From Calcarisporiella thermophila CBS 279.70 (taxonomy: Eukaryota; Fungi; Calcarisporiellomycota): a DNA stretch of 56,226 bases. The stretch spans positions 80,984-137,209 of the forward strand of contig NW_027192210.1 of the NCBI RefSeq assembly GCF_041956535.1. The letters are read 5' to 3'. The notes beneath the pieces were generated by a model. The model was not told the origin of the DNA, ran no database searches, and worked only from the letters and a program-made list of their open reading frames with translations. A program made the translations under genes and the position numbers. How positions within the stretch are numbered: position 1 is the stretch's first letter; each line of letters begins with the position of its first letter. Shown one piece after another: positions 10,943 to 23,667 of the stretch.

Positions 10943-13066
10943 TGTTCTAGAGAACGGGTGGTGGGGGAACAAGGATGAAAGAGGGTATAGAGGTGCTACG
11001 AATCAATGGAGGGGGTTGAAGCGTGTCGGTGGATTCTCTCTCTCTCCGTCTTTTTTTATGGAACGCTCCTCTCTTTTTTGAAATTTGGATTTTGGAACGA
11101 AAATTTAACAGGTTTTTGATTCGAGATTGATGTCACGAGTTGACGTTGACTTTTCTGATTCCCCCCCGCTCATGCCTGTAGCCCACTGTACATTAATATA
11201 ATAAACGGTAATGAGGATTCTCTAAGCACCGTACATCGATTACGAAGAGACGGGCAACCGGATGGCCCAAATTAAATATAGAACAGATACACACGGCAAG
11301 GGGGAGCCTCCCTTGCGCAGCACACGCACAGTTAAACTTTTTTCCAGAAGAGAAAATCTAAATAAGATTTCTCTTCGAACCTTCCGTCGGTGCCGGATAA
11401 TCGCTGTGTTCCCCCGGCCTTGCCCAGTTTCCTAGCTGGGTTCCCCCGAGAGCTAAAGTGATCCCGGATCCCCCCTATTTTCTTGGATCAAGCCTTCCAC
11501 GGCTGAGCACCCCTCCCGAGAGATCCTTAGGGCATGGCTGTGGTACACCCAAGAGCGCCTCCGACTGCGCGCTCTCTGGAGAAGACTCAGCCGACAACGT
11601 AAGCCTCTACTGCACCTCGTCTTTCCAAGGGACCATGCCCATGTTCGCTTTTTAACGCGGTGCGCAGAGATGGGAATGCTTACTGAGTATCCTGCGGGGC
11701 AATTGGGGAGACCGTCTTGCTCCTCGTATACTCTGAGAGGGCTGGCGCAGCAGTTTGTCGGGAAATCCAAACTGCCTTAACATGCGTTCGTCTGCGGAAC
11801 AAGTGCGGGCTAATTTTCCCAATATAGCTAGGCCTTATTTTCTTTCAATCTTAAACGGCTTCTGCATACATCGTATTGCGTTGACGAGAGCAGCCGTAAT
11901 AATGAAGACAGGGTCATCGTGTCTAATGGAGAAGGGCTATGCATTCGCAGTGGATTGCAGAACACGTCCTTAGCCGACCCATCTTACCCTGTAGCCATTC
12001 CGTGAGAGGGGGGAAGGCGAGCTCATCTGTAATATCCAGATCGATTGAGCCGAGGTGGGATTGCCAAGCTACGAGCTGGCCCTTCATTATCAGATATCCC
12101 TCTCCCCCGCCATATCGGCGGGATTGGCCAACCCCCCTCCTGCAAATGCTACAGCTTTCTTTGATGATGTTCTATGGATAATCCAGATCTTGCGGAGACG
12201 TGCAATCGGGGACGAAAAATGCATTTTCATTTATCCACAAAATTAATTCTATTAATAGCCCGTGCTTGCTGTTGCAATATCACTAATTTTTTTTCCGGCC
12301 CTTGTTCCCCTCTCTAGATCCAAGGAATCTTTTGCTGGCCCATCCCTTCGAACCCTTTCCCCAAACCTCTAATCTCGTGGCCTACAATTGCAACAGGGAG
12401 CACAACAAGACGGAGAACTCTTGTTTCCTAAACAATCGCCACCAATCGTGCACAAACCTGCAAATGGTCGCGGCCAAATGGCCGAGTGTGGCAAAGCTAC
12501 CAAAACTCCATAAATCACGCCTGAATCATCAATCCGCAGCTTCCTAAGACTCCCGGACCGCTACATAGCTAGGATCAGGAACCGCCGCAGAAACAATCCC
12601 TTCAAAAGCACGAAGCTGACCCCAAGATTCGATCAGCGTTGAGGGATAATCCACCGTCCCAGCGCTCTCCTACAGATGCAAAGCGAGCTTTGGTAGAAGA
12701 AGATACCAATGACCCGCCCGTCTCTGAATGAGGAGTGCATGGCTGGTTCAAGGCGAGCAAAAGACCCCGCTCTGGCTCGCGGTAACTATGACGTTGAACA
12801 CCCACGGCCAAAAACCCACAAACCGGCCGAGTGGCCCGTCCATTTAAAGTATATTTTCCAGCAATTTTCCGAATTTCGTACTAGGAATTCCCGAGAGAAA
12901 AATGGCTATGAACTTGGCACGCCATCTTTTCCGACCGCCCCCTGCCATTGGTTCGATCTGGCCTTTTGACGTCTTCATCTGTCTCCACTCCAAATTCTTT
13001 TCTACTTCCACCCGAATTTTCCTCCCTCTCCTCCTCCCCCTTCCCCTCCAGCCAAGTGTGTATACC

Positions 13067-13866
13067 ATGGCAACTCTGGTCAAGTTTCCCCTCGGCACAA
13101 CCTCTCTTCTGAAGCGGCGCTTTCTAATTGCCGACTACGATTCCTATCCCCTGCAGGGCAGAGTAAGTCATTCTCTTTTCGCCCCGCGGCCTGCGCTCTC
13201 CCCTCCCATTTCCCCATTCTCTCTTCAAAGCGCCCCGGACACCTACTTCTCCGTGATCAATGCTGACCCTTGTGTACACCCATTTTCATTTTAGATGCCC
13301 AGGGATCACTTCGTCTCCCGCACCTACGAGCTCCAACAGCTGGCCACGAAGATCCTCCCAGGGACCGCCGGATTCACATTACTAACCGCGGTTTTAATCA
13401 TTGCTCTGGTGGTGGGCGCTTTGATCATATTTTCATTCCACATTTTCCCGCTTGGGTTCCCTTTTCTTTTTATCCTGCTGGCTGCCATCGGGGTAGTAAG
13501 CGAGCGGAAGAAGCGATTAGTGAGAATGCAGAAGGTATTTATTCATTAGGAAGGGGCGCCATGATGCTTGGCGCGATGTCTCCATTGGACATGGCTCATG
13601 CTTTCCTTTATTCAATTCCTTAGTTCAATCGTGAACTCGATACCTTGATCTCCGTTTTTAACAGCGAGGATGTGACGCTTTACGGCCTTCAGTGGGAGCG
13701 CGAGTCGGACGGGGTGGCCATAAGGGACGTGGGCTTTACCCATCACACGGCCATCAATATCATGCCCCCGCCGCCGGTCTATCAGCAGGATTACTGCCCA
13801 CCGCCCTACGAGGAGGTGTCCCTTCACCCACTGAAGGCCGCTCCCGCCTCCTCGTCATCCTCTTAG
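13067..13866 (+). CDS. Small two-helix membrane protein with C-terminal PPxY motifs
   Basis: Three exons (13067-13162, 13295-~13534, 13624-13866) joined in frame by GT-AG introns. Hydrophobic hairpin, then PPPPVY and PPPYEE. Confidence 0.7.
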
Positions 13867-14852
13867 TCTCCCTTACCACCACCACCGCCACCCCCGCCCC
13901 AAGTCATAGCTTACCCTTTCGCCGACGCAAACTGTGTATATTTGTATATAATCGTAAGGCTGATTCCTATTGTCTTATCCTCCTGAACTTCTATTTCCCT
14001 GAGCTTATTGTTTATGTTTGTGTATTTGCATTGAATGGCCGATTCTATTCACGCGTAATTATTTAATGTACCATATTCTTATCCATACTTTGGTCCGATC
14101 CTTTTCATCAACCCAAATACTATCAAACACTCTTCCTCTCCAGAGAGAACCTTAACCTTCTCTTCCCAGCCTTCCTTGGGCCCCAAACTTGAGATTCCCA
14201 GACTCCCCGTGTCTTCTCTCTAGAAACATCAAGGCTCTTCGGCCTTGCGGTTCGGAAGAGGGGCGTCGGTCATACGCCCCTCCCATTCCCCCCCGCTCCC
14301 CCGCCTCTCCCTTGCCCATTCTAATGCACAGCCATGGCCCAGCCCAATCACCGTCATCCGCCACCCAAGAGATGCCTGCTTTGGCTCTCCAGTCACCGTA
14401 CGAATCTCATGGGCTGCATATTTATTGGGTGACCTTGTGGTGTGCCATGTTGCGTTATTCGAGTGGAATATTCTAGGCGGAAACTCGTCAGCTTTATGCA
14501 GCTGAGTCCGGCCTTGGATGCTTATGGTTGTGCGCACAGAGGGAGCTTATTGCTACCACACATGCACAAAGCACGGTAACTCTTTCCTCAAATGGAAAAA
14601 AGCACAAGGTTTGACACACGGTCAAAACAGCTCTCAACCCATCCTTCCCAGGAATCAGGGCCCGGTTCGCGGCCGGCTTTGGGAATCGCGCCCTAGGGAT
14701 ATGGCTCTCCCATTTGGCTGCAAAGAACCGGCCCACCCACACCCCCTTCATCGGGTCTTCACCCTCCCATCCAACTTCCCCTTTTGAAAGACGCTCCTTC
14801 CCTTTATTAATAAATATCTCTGAAAAAAAAAAGAGAAAAGACATGCAATGGT

Positions 14853-17401
14853 TCAAATATGCCAGAGTTTGATCACATGATCGCGCCCGCCACTGGCCAG
14901 CCACTCCTCGCTGAATCGCACCGAAGTGACAGGCATCTCGTGACCAGGGAGGTCGGTGTATTGGAGCGACTTGCGGTTATAGATCTAGTAAAGAGGGGCA
15001 ACGGGGGGGAGAGGGGGAGGGAGAGAAAGGGGGAGGAAAGAAGGACGATGAGGATTAGCATGAACGCCCCCAGTGATCACAGGCCGGTGCCCTCAGCAAA
15101 TCAGACGTTACCTTGATATCGTTTTCACTTGCCGCACACACAATCCGGTCCAAGTCGAACTGCAGGCTGGTAATGCCGTTGGAGAAGGTGAGCGTGTCGA
15201 AAACAGACCCCGTACGAAGATCCCAGATCCGTACCGTTCCGTCCAGACTTCCGCTCACCACATGCACCTCATCAAACTGGAGGCTTGTGATCGGACCAGT
15301 GTGCCCGAACAGGGCACGATGGGCCTGGCCCGTGCGCATATCCCACATCCTCACCATTCCGTCCGCCGTTCCGCTCGCCAGAGCGAACCGCCAGAACTGA
15401 AGCGCCCCAACATAGCCCCACCCCGAGAGATCAAGATCGTCTAGCACGGCATTCTGGTGCCAAGGGTCAACCTTGGCGACGCTGCCTTTGGTGGCCCAGA
15501 GTATATCGAGAGAAAGGGTACACTGGCCCGTGTTGAGGTCCCATTGTCGCATGGTCTTGTCCTGGGACCCCGACACCAGCGTGTTTCCCTCAAAGTAGAG
15601 GCAGGTTACCTCGCCCATGTGTCCCTCGAGCACAGAGGTACATGTTTGAACACCTTTCGAGGCTGGAGCTATGGACGCCACTGGCGCTTCAGCGCTTTCT
15701 CGCCCCTTTCCTTTCCGCTCTCCGGCTCCGTCTGCCTCGTCTTCAAGCGTTGAGCTCTCAGTTTGTGACCGTATGGGCGCCTCGTCTTGCGGATAAGCTG
15801 GCTCCTCATGGCCCATTCTTTCCAGGTCCCAGACGCGAATGGATCTGTCTCGGGAACCAGTGATGGCACGCTTTCCCTCCAGCTGGAGACATCGAACCAT
15901 ATCTACCATAAAAACAATATCGGTCGAAACAAGGTGGTTAGGAAACACTTGAGTGCGCGCTCCCGAAAACACTCTGTACCTGAATGCCCATCGAGTGTGC
16001 CTAGACACCGATAGTCCGCCAGATCCCACACTCGGACGGTATTGTCCAAGGATGCGGAGACAAGCTTTCCACTAGTCTTGTCGATATCAATGCAAGTGAC
16101 CATATCTTCATGGCCAAAGAGTGTCTATAGGAGCGTGCCATTAGGTCGATATGAAAGCAAACAAATTTAGAAGCCATTTAAACTTACGTTGATGCAAGTG
16201 CCAAATTCTGCCTCCCTTTCAAGGTCGGCAAAGTTATCTTCGGACGAAATGGCATCTAATGAGCACATTGGGTTAGTTGCGACATTCTCTGTGAAAATAT
16301 ACAGTTGGTCGCACCTCTAGATGGTAGGAGTTTAGGATCATATTGTGTTTGCTCTTCGTCAAAGGAAAGGATTTTTTCGTTGAGCTCCTGTACTAAAATT
16401 GAAAAAAGAACAAAAGAAATAACGCGTCAAGATTTCGACACCGAGATCTTGATACAGGGATATATACTTGTCTCTGCAATCACTTCGTCCCGCTTGGACA
16501 TGGTTTCCAGCTTCACCGATAACGTCTCTCTACGTGCGGCTAGTTCCGTCAATTTGGCTTCAATTTCATGAAGTTCTGAAATGATAAGAGACTAAAGAAA
16601 AACCAATGGCATCAAATGATCAACGAAAGGCGACGGAACAAGCGTCGTTGTCTCTACCTTTTGCTTTTGCAGTCTTTGCTTCTCTTTCATCATACTCTCC
16701 CGATCGTTGACCATCTGGCTCAAAACGCGTGTCGGATTATCGTCTGCAAATAAATCGACATAGAATTCAACCATCCGTCAAGAAAACAGAGTCCAACGAA
16801 TTTATATACCTTCAGCATTCTCATTTCCATCCGTAATCAGTCCGCTCTCTCGTCGCTTGTGTCTAGCTTTTCGTGCTGAATGCTTCACATAATTCGGATA
16901 AGTTGCCTTGAAACCCTGGAACAAAGATAGCGGCGCATCCGATTCGGGGATCTCATCCTTCAAAAGCTCATCCGCTCCCAGTAGAGTCCCACTATTATGT
17001 GTGATGGATTTTTTGTTGGAATTGGGAACAATGGAGCTGCCTCTCAATTTGGACATGTTTGCCATACGATCCTGCTGCATCAGATGCGGGGCAAGCTCAC
17101 TAAATATACCCATGGTGTCTCCCCTAACAACCGCTTGTGTCGTGAGGGGGGAAGTGATGACGGTGGTAAGTGACTCCAGCGAAGGGAATGACGACCAGCT
17201 CTCGAAGGTGGGAGTGAAGTCGCGGCGGAGAGAGTGGAAGAAAGATCCCGTGGAGGAGGAGGAGGAGCTTGTGTTGCCCTCTGGCGAGGGGGGGGAAGGA
17301 GGAGAGGAGGTGTTGACGGCGGTGGAGGAGGCGGAGGGCGTCGGATCTTCCCGTGTCTTCGATCTAGGAGTATGTTTTCGTCGTGTGCTTTCACTGCTCA
17401 T
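14853..17401 (-). CDS. MDV1: Mitochondrial fission adaptor Mdv1/Caf4-like (N-terminal extension, coiled coil, WD40)
   Basis: LSLFQGFKAT motif, coiled-coil exons, WD40 repeats (LVSASLDNTVRVWDL, SGSQDKTMRQWDLNTGQC, VGALQFWRFALASGTADGMVRMWDMRTGQAHRAL). Final exon ends KLWHI*. Confidence 0.9.
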
Positions 17402-17596
17402 CAGTGAATACGGTAGCTCTAAAATGGAGTGGTGAATGCCAAGTCCTGTCGAAACCGGGGTCAGCAACAGTGGAAAATATCAGACGCGACCTACTGTAAA
17501 GAAAAAGAATAAGCGTCATTCTTATAAGCCACTCTTAAAATTCCATCCTATTTCGGGTTAACGTTGGAAAATACACCAAGGATCATTCACCACATA

Positions 17597-18313
17597 ATGT
17601 CAGAGCAAACCCAACAGCAGCCGCAGAAACAAGTCATCCTGAAATCGCAGGAAGGAACCGAGTTTACCATCGATCGCGACATTGCTGAAAAATCGGTTCT
17701 GTTGCGAAACATGCTTGAGGACATTGGCGAGTCAGATGCTGGTATTTCTTAACAATCAATCGATAGATAGTTTTTTTTTTCTTCCGCTTATACCCTGAGG
17801 CGACGTTTTTTAAATAATAGCCATTCCTCTTCCCAATGTTAGCGCACCCATTCTCGAGAAGGTTATTGAGTACAATACCCACCACCGGCATACGATTCAG
17901 CAGGAGGACGAGAGCCGACTGAGATCGGATGACATCGACGAATGGGACAGCAATTTTTGCAATGTGGATCAGGGAACTCTATTTGAGCTCATTCTTGTGC
18001 GTATTGCAATGAACCTGTTATTGGATTTTTACCCAGTTTGCGTGCTAACTGATGGCTGTCATGATAGGCAGCAAATTATCTTGACATTAAACCGTTACTC
18101 GATTTATGTTGTAAAACGGTTGCAAACATGATCAAAGGAAAGACAGCTGAGGAAATTCGCAAAACTTTCAACATTGTAAACGATTTTACGCCCGAGGAAG
18201 AGGAGCAAATTCGAAAGGAAAACGGTGGGTCACAATTCACAAGCATCGGTCGTATTTTCTTTTGGTATTGACCCTTCATTTCTATCTATTTAGAATGGGC
18301 CGAGGACCGTTAG
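17597..18313 (+). CDS. SKP1: SCF ubiquitin ligase subunit Skp1
   Basis: [70 protein letters not shown]. Confidence 0.97.
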
Positions 18314-18488
18314 CTTATTCCACCTCCTACATCTGATGCCAGACCTTCTCATGCTATACTCTCTTCTATTTCGTTCCATTAGAGCTTCTATTTTTATTTA
18401 TTTATACAAAGGATTCACTTAGATTAGGGGGTGCTGTTGCATTTTGTACTTTTCTTTTCTTTGGCCAATCTAGAAGAAATATACAGGG

Positions 18489-19046
18489 TTATTGTGCAGA
18501 GAGGCTAAGTTGTTTTTGTTCGTCGGTGTATATTGTGCTGAAGGTTTCGAGTGAGTCGATCAGGATCCCAAGCCTGCTTGTATCGAATCCTTCTTCCTAT
18601 TCATCGCAACCACAACGTCAGTATACACGATGGAAAGCGAAGATACATGATGCTTAGTAGCTCACCTGACGAATTTTGTTCAAATCTTCTCCGAAAGCAG
18701 ACGTGATTCTTGACATGTAGTAGTCACGGAATCGTTTCTCCGCTTGGGGCTGATCGAGTAGGGATAGGCTTCCCTTATCCTTGATGGAGCCAATTTATTA
18801 GATCATGTGAACATATATGATGTCCTCAAAGTTGTAGCATACCTCTTCTTCGTCTCTCGGTTTACTTTGATGCTCTCGCTCATTTTCTTTCTCTTCTTGC
18901 ATTTCTACATCTTCACTCGACTCAGGCTCCAATCTGTGAGATGTGGGATTAATATCCTCGGCATCCATGGGAGCCGTATTGCTATTCGCAGCAGAAGAAT
19001 CGACCTTGTGTTTTAGCTTTTTCTTCTTGTGTATATTAGAAGGCAT
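18489..19046 (-). CDS. RSA3: Ribosome assembly protein Rsa3-like
   Basis: Three exons. Acidic N-terminus, then FRDYYMSRITSAFGEDLNKIRQEEGFDTSRLGILIDSLE, matching the Rsa3 domain pattern. Confidence 0.75.
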
Positions 19047-19533
19047 GGCAGGGTTAATTAGCGTATTAATTCTTAGCCTTCGGTCGGTGTTATTCTTTAG
19101 TTGCTGCGGAATGCCAGTCACTTTTATTTTATAAATATCCCGTCGCAAATCCTTTTGCTATGATAGCGGCAAATTGGGCGTGATATTTGAATTTGAACCC
19201 GAGGGATAGCTCTGGTAATGGAAAGGCAAATTATATTGTATGGAAAACAAATGAATAAAAGCAATCACTTAGATTAGAGATATCATACGGTAGACCACCA
19301 TATAGCTGATGATGTATTTAGAACAAACGCCTTGGTTCTTGCCCCCTTGACTCGATGCTACTGCTAGGTTTTCTAAAATACCTTGAAAACTTTCCGAGAA
19401 ACTAAATTATTCCTGCGTTCCAACTTCCCCCAGCTTTGGATAGGTATGAATAAAGATGACACTCTCAAGCTCGTTAGTCTACTCCATCCAAAGGAATGTC
19501 CTGGGCCATTGATCCAACCGGGTTTATATGATG

Positions 19534-19890
19534 TTATAACTCTCTTAATCGTAACTCGCGCAATGTCCGCTGAATGGTACGCTCTGACACTTTAACATCG
19601 TTACCCATGTTGAACTCGCTAGTGATGATGCGCAAAGGTGCATTCCTATTTTGCTTGATTAGCCGCTCCAGCTTGCGGAGATCCCTCTCCTTCATTATGC
19701 GAGGACGGCCTGGTCTCTTCGCCGGTGTCTCGGACCCTGTCTTCAACCATCGCTTAATGGTACTTCCAACTGTGCTTTTTGGCACGCCGGTCATTTTGCT
19801 GATTTCTCTATGGGTAGTGCCGGACTGAAACAGACCGATTATCTGACCACGTAGTGCATCGGAAAGCTCATGTCTTGTTTGTGGATCCAT
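19534..19890 (-). mobile_element. Tc1/mariner transposase-derived paired HTH ORF lacking the DDE domain
   Basis: ELSDALRGQIIGL...REISKMTGVPKSTVGSTIKRW...KRPGRPR...VSERTIQRTL matches the Tc1 bipartite DNA-binding domain with GRPR linker. Stop after 118 aa; no TIRs seen. Confidence 0.75.
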
Positions 19891-20691
19891 GCGGAAAAAC
19901 TGGAGCTCTATTTAGTGAATGAAGTGAATTAAGATGGCTAGAATTGTTTGCACAAGAGTTAATAGCATTGCGGAGTTCAAATTAGCGTGAATGGATGTTT
20001 TCTGGAACTTAATTAGCAGTTAACCATCGCTCAAGTATTCATATCGGAGGAACATCATTATACAAAGTTTTTACTATTGTTATTGCAAAAATATTATATA
20101 TTCAGCTGGCCTTTTTGCAGTAGTGTCACAAGAAAAATCGATGCCGCTACTTCCGCTTCCATCCTTTCCTATTTCTATATTAGTCAATGAAAGAAAAAAT
20201 GTTGAATAAGGGTGCTATGACCCCGGCTTTGTATTTGTATATTCTAGGCTGCCAAGGCTGAGTTTATACGCTTCAAGGGAATCGGGCAAGTGTTATTGAT
20301 AGTTCAAGTTCAGCGATGGAAGATCAAGCCATTCTAATGCTTAATAATATATTCTGCTCAGCGCCGAAACCAAGTGGATAAACTAGTGCACTTATCCGCA
20401 TTAAAATTAGACCCTTATGAGTGTGCTCATAAATAGATCAATAATTATTGCCGAAACTTTATAAAAAAAAAAATAAAAATGGCGTGATTTGCCTCTTGTC
20501 ATAAACCCATCTAAACCCGAATTGTTAACATGGCCTGATTCGACGGTTCTTGGAAAAGGAAATTCATCAAGATCAATCCGCTCACCATCCTGGCATTAAG
20601 CCGATGAGTGCTCTAGATGAAGTGGTGATTCAGCAGCGCATTAACCATTCATTCAATCCCTAATACCTGTTCTTCAAACTTGTAACTCCTT

Positions 20692-20975
20692 ACGCGTTTT
20701 CTGCGTTTATTTTTATGTTTTTGCTTAGACGCTTTAATATAGAATACATTGCGCTTGCCCCATTTAGAAGTGGAGAACGCGCTTTCCTATTTATTTTCCA
20801 TAGAAATGGCGCGTTTTTTCGCGTCCTTGGAATTTTCGTGTTCAGGCGAAAGTGAGCTGATTTGCTTGAACCAGAATGGAAAGAGAAAACGCGAAAACGC
20901 GAAAATTTTTCCTCGCGTTCATTGGCCGGCGGTTAAATTACGTGTTGTGCCGTGTTCTGCTTCCAAGTTATAAAA
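20692..20975 (+). promoter_or_regulatory. RNR2 promoter: MCB/SCB/E2F-like CGCG cluster, CCAAT box and TATA box
   Basis: ACGCGT at 20692, GGCGCGTTTTTTCGCGT at ~20808, AACGCGAAAACGCGAAAA at ~20888, TCGCGTT at ~20914, ATTGG at 20921, TATAAAA at 20969. Confidence 0.8.
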
Positions 20976-21111
20976 GGAGGCAAAGTTTGGAGGTTTCCCT
21001 TTCGTTTATAGAAAACAACGCTAGAAACTTTTCTCCTCTTACACTCTTCTCTCTATATACACATATTCTTCCTAGCTATTACGTTTAAATATCGGATATA
21101 TAACATTCATA

Positions 21112-22248
21112 ATGCACGCTTCTGCTCTTGTTGCTAACTCTGCTCCCGTGCAAGCGGCTGAAGTCGACGTTCCCAAGAAGATCGAGAACCTCAAGATGCA
21201 AGAGGTTGAGGAACCCATCCTCACCACCAACCCCCGTCGCTTTGTGCTCTTCCCTATCAAATACCACGAGGTACTTTATTTACTTCCACATTGCATTCGC
21301 GCATTCCATCTTACTAACCCTTTCCTATTCTAGGTTTGGCAAATGTACAAAAAAGCCGAGGCTTCCTTCTGGACCGCAGAAGAGGTCGACCTTAGCAAGG
21401 ATATTCACGACTGGGAGAACCGTCTCAATGACGACGAGAGACACTTCATTTCTCATGTGCTTGCTTTCTTTGCTGCCTCTGATGGCATCGTAAATGAAAA
21501 CCTGGTCGAGCGCTTCTCAAATGAGGTTCAGATTCCAGAGGCCCGGTGCTTCTACGGGTTCCAGATTATGATGGAAAATATCCACTCCGAGATGTATAGC
21601 CTTCTCATTGATACCTACATTAAAGAGCCTTCTCAGCGCGATTATCTCTTCGATGCCATTGAAACCGTCCCTTGCATCAAGAAGAAGGCAGACTGGGCGA
21701 TGCGCTGGATCGAGGACAAGGACTCAAGCTTTGCCACTCGTCTTATTGCTTTCGCTGCGGTTGAAGGCATCTTCTTCTCCGGATCATTTGCGTCTATCTT
21801 CTGGTTGAAGAAGCGGGGTCTCATGCCTGGCCTCACCTTCTCCAACGAACTCATTTCTCGTGACGAAGGCCTTCACACCGACTTCGCTTGTCTCCTCTTC
21901 TCCCTTCTCCACAATCGGCCGTCCGAGCAGGTCATCCGCCAGATCATCGTTGAGGCGGTGTCAATCGAACAAGAGTTCCTTACCGATGCCCTCCCTGTAG
22001 CACTTATTGGCATGAACGCCACTCTGATGTGCCGCTACATCGAGTTTGTTGCCGATCGCTTGCTAGTAGCACTGGGCTGCTCTCGTCACTACAACGTTGA
22101 GAATCCCTTCGATTTCATGGACATGATCTCGCTAGAGGGCAAAACAAACTTCTTCGAGAAGCGTGTATCAGACTACCAGCGTGCTGGAGTCATGAACAAT
22201 AACAACCGTGAAGACAAGGGGACGTTCGTTCTAGACGCTGATTTTTAA
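21112..22248 (+). CDS. RNR2: Ribonucleotide reductase small subunit (class Ia R2)
   Basis: [63 protein letters not shown]; one intron 21271-21333. Confidence 0.98.
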
Positions 22249-22541
22249 ACCGAGCATTATTTTTGTCATTTATATTGTGTAAATAGTTTTCCATCAAGCC
22301 TTGTACTAAATTTTCTTATATTTTTCTCCTTTTGATCAATAAAAATAAAGCAGAATACCATTTGAACTATTTAACTCTGGACCACTAAGTTACTTGGGTG
22401 AATCAAATTCACGTCACGTTTGCGTGTTTTACCTATTTTTTTTTTTTTAATAAACGCGCTAAAACACGACTTAATTTTCTTTTAGTGTCCCTCTTTTGCT
22501 CTCCTTCCATAGTTGCATAGACATCATAGCTCAATTAAATA

Positions 22542-23667
22542 ATGGCCCTGGATTCTTCATCAAGCATGCCGAAACCCCGCAGTATGCAGGCGGGGCAGCG
22601 TAATGTACTTCGCTCAAATGATTCTGCAAGTTTATGGAACTACACCCTCTCGCCGGGTAGATATTTTCCCTCCTGTCCTTGACCTGGATGTGGGCTCATT
22701 CATTCAATTGATGTGTCCTTTTTATACAGGATGGACTCGCGAACAATCAGAAACATTGCGAAAAGCGTTGATGAAATTTGGCGTTGGTAACTGGTCCAAG
22801 ATCGTGGAGAGCGACTGTCTCACGGGAAAAACTCCTGCACAATTAAATTTGCAAACACAGCGACTTCTAGGGCAACAGAGTACAGCTGGTACATGCTCTT
22901 GTGCTTGTAGTGTGGCTGGGTGATGACATTGCTAAAGCCCCTTTCTAAATTCCCCCTCTCAATCTTGTAGAATTTGCCGGATTACATATTGACGTGAAGA
23001 TTATTTTTGAGAAAAATGCAAAGATCCAGGGCCCAGATGTCAAACGGAAGAATGGCTGTATTGTCAATACTGGAGGTATGTTGAGTCAATATTGTTCTTG
23101 AATTCAGGCGCCCCACTAACCGATCCTCGGCTTTATTAATGCATTAGCTAAATTATCTCGAGAGGAGCTGAGAAAACGATTACAAGAAAACAAGGAAAAA
23201 TACGAGATTCCAGAAAGCGAGTGGAAGGCTATAGAACTACCCAAGACAGAAGAGGTGAGCTTTGAGGTGAAAATATTAGCTTCAAGGATGTTACTTAATT
23301 TGCTTTTTTACCTTCGAATCATAGCCGAGTTTATGTAATTTTCCCCATATTCCCTATTTCTTGCTATTATTTATTCCATATTGTGTATTGTATTATCCCT
23401 ATCTATAGTACTTGAACGGAAACGCGAAGAACTCCGAAAACTACAGGAGGAGCTGAAGTCTGTGGAGACTAAAATAATGCGTTTAAGAGAAAGGAGTAGG
23501 GTAATGGTCCTAATTGAATGTAACATTCGCTCATGAATCTTGGACTGATGCAGATATGGTATTTTCTGATATAGAGTGCCACCCCAACTACACCATCCTC
23601 AGCTGCATCGGTTGATTCGGCCGACGAAGAGCGCAAGAAAAAACCCAGGACAACCAAGCGTAGTTGA
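22542..23667 (+). CDS. p1 subunit (Myb/homeodomain-like DNA-binding protein) of the MTA1c DNA N6-adenine methyltransferase complex
   Basis: Spliced protein contains SLWNYTLSPGWTREQSETLRKALMKFGVGNWSKIVESDCLTGKTPAQLNLQTQRLLGQQSTAEFAGLHID...KRKNGCIVNTG, the signature I recall from ciliate p1. Includes a 10-nt microexon at 23325-23334. Confidence 0.85.

Noticed and set aside
11400-13000. Possible ncRNA (RNase P/MRP) or genes in the long GC-rich gap
   Set aside because: No complete conserved motifs found; best explained as divergent promoter/UTR DNA.
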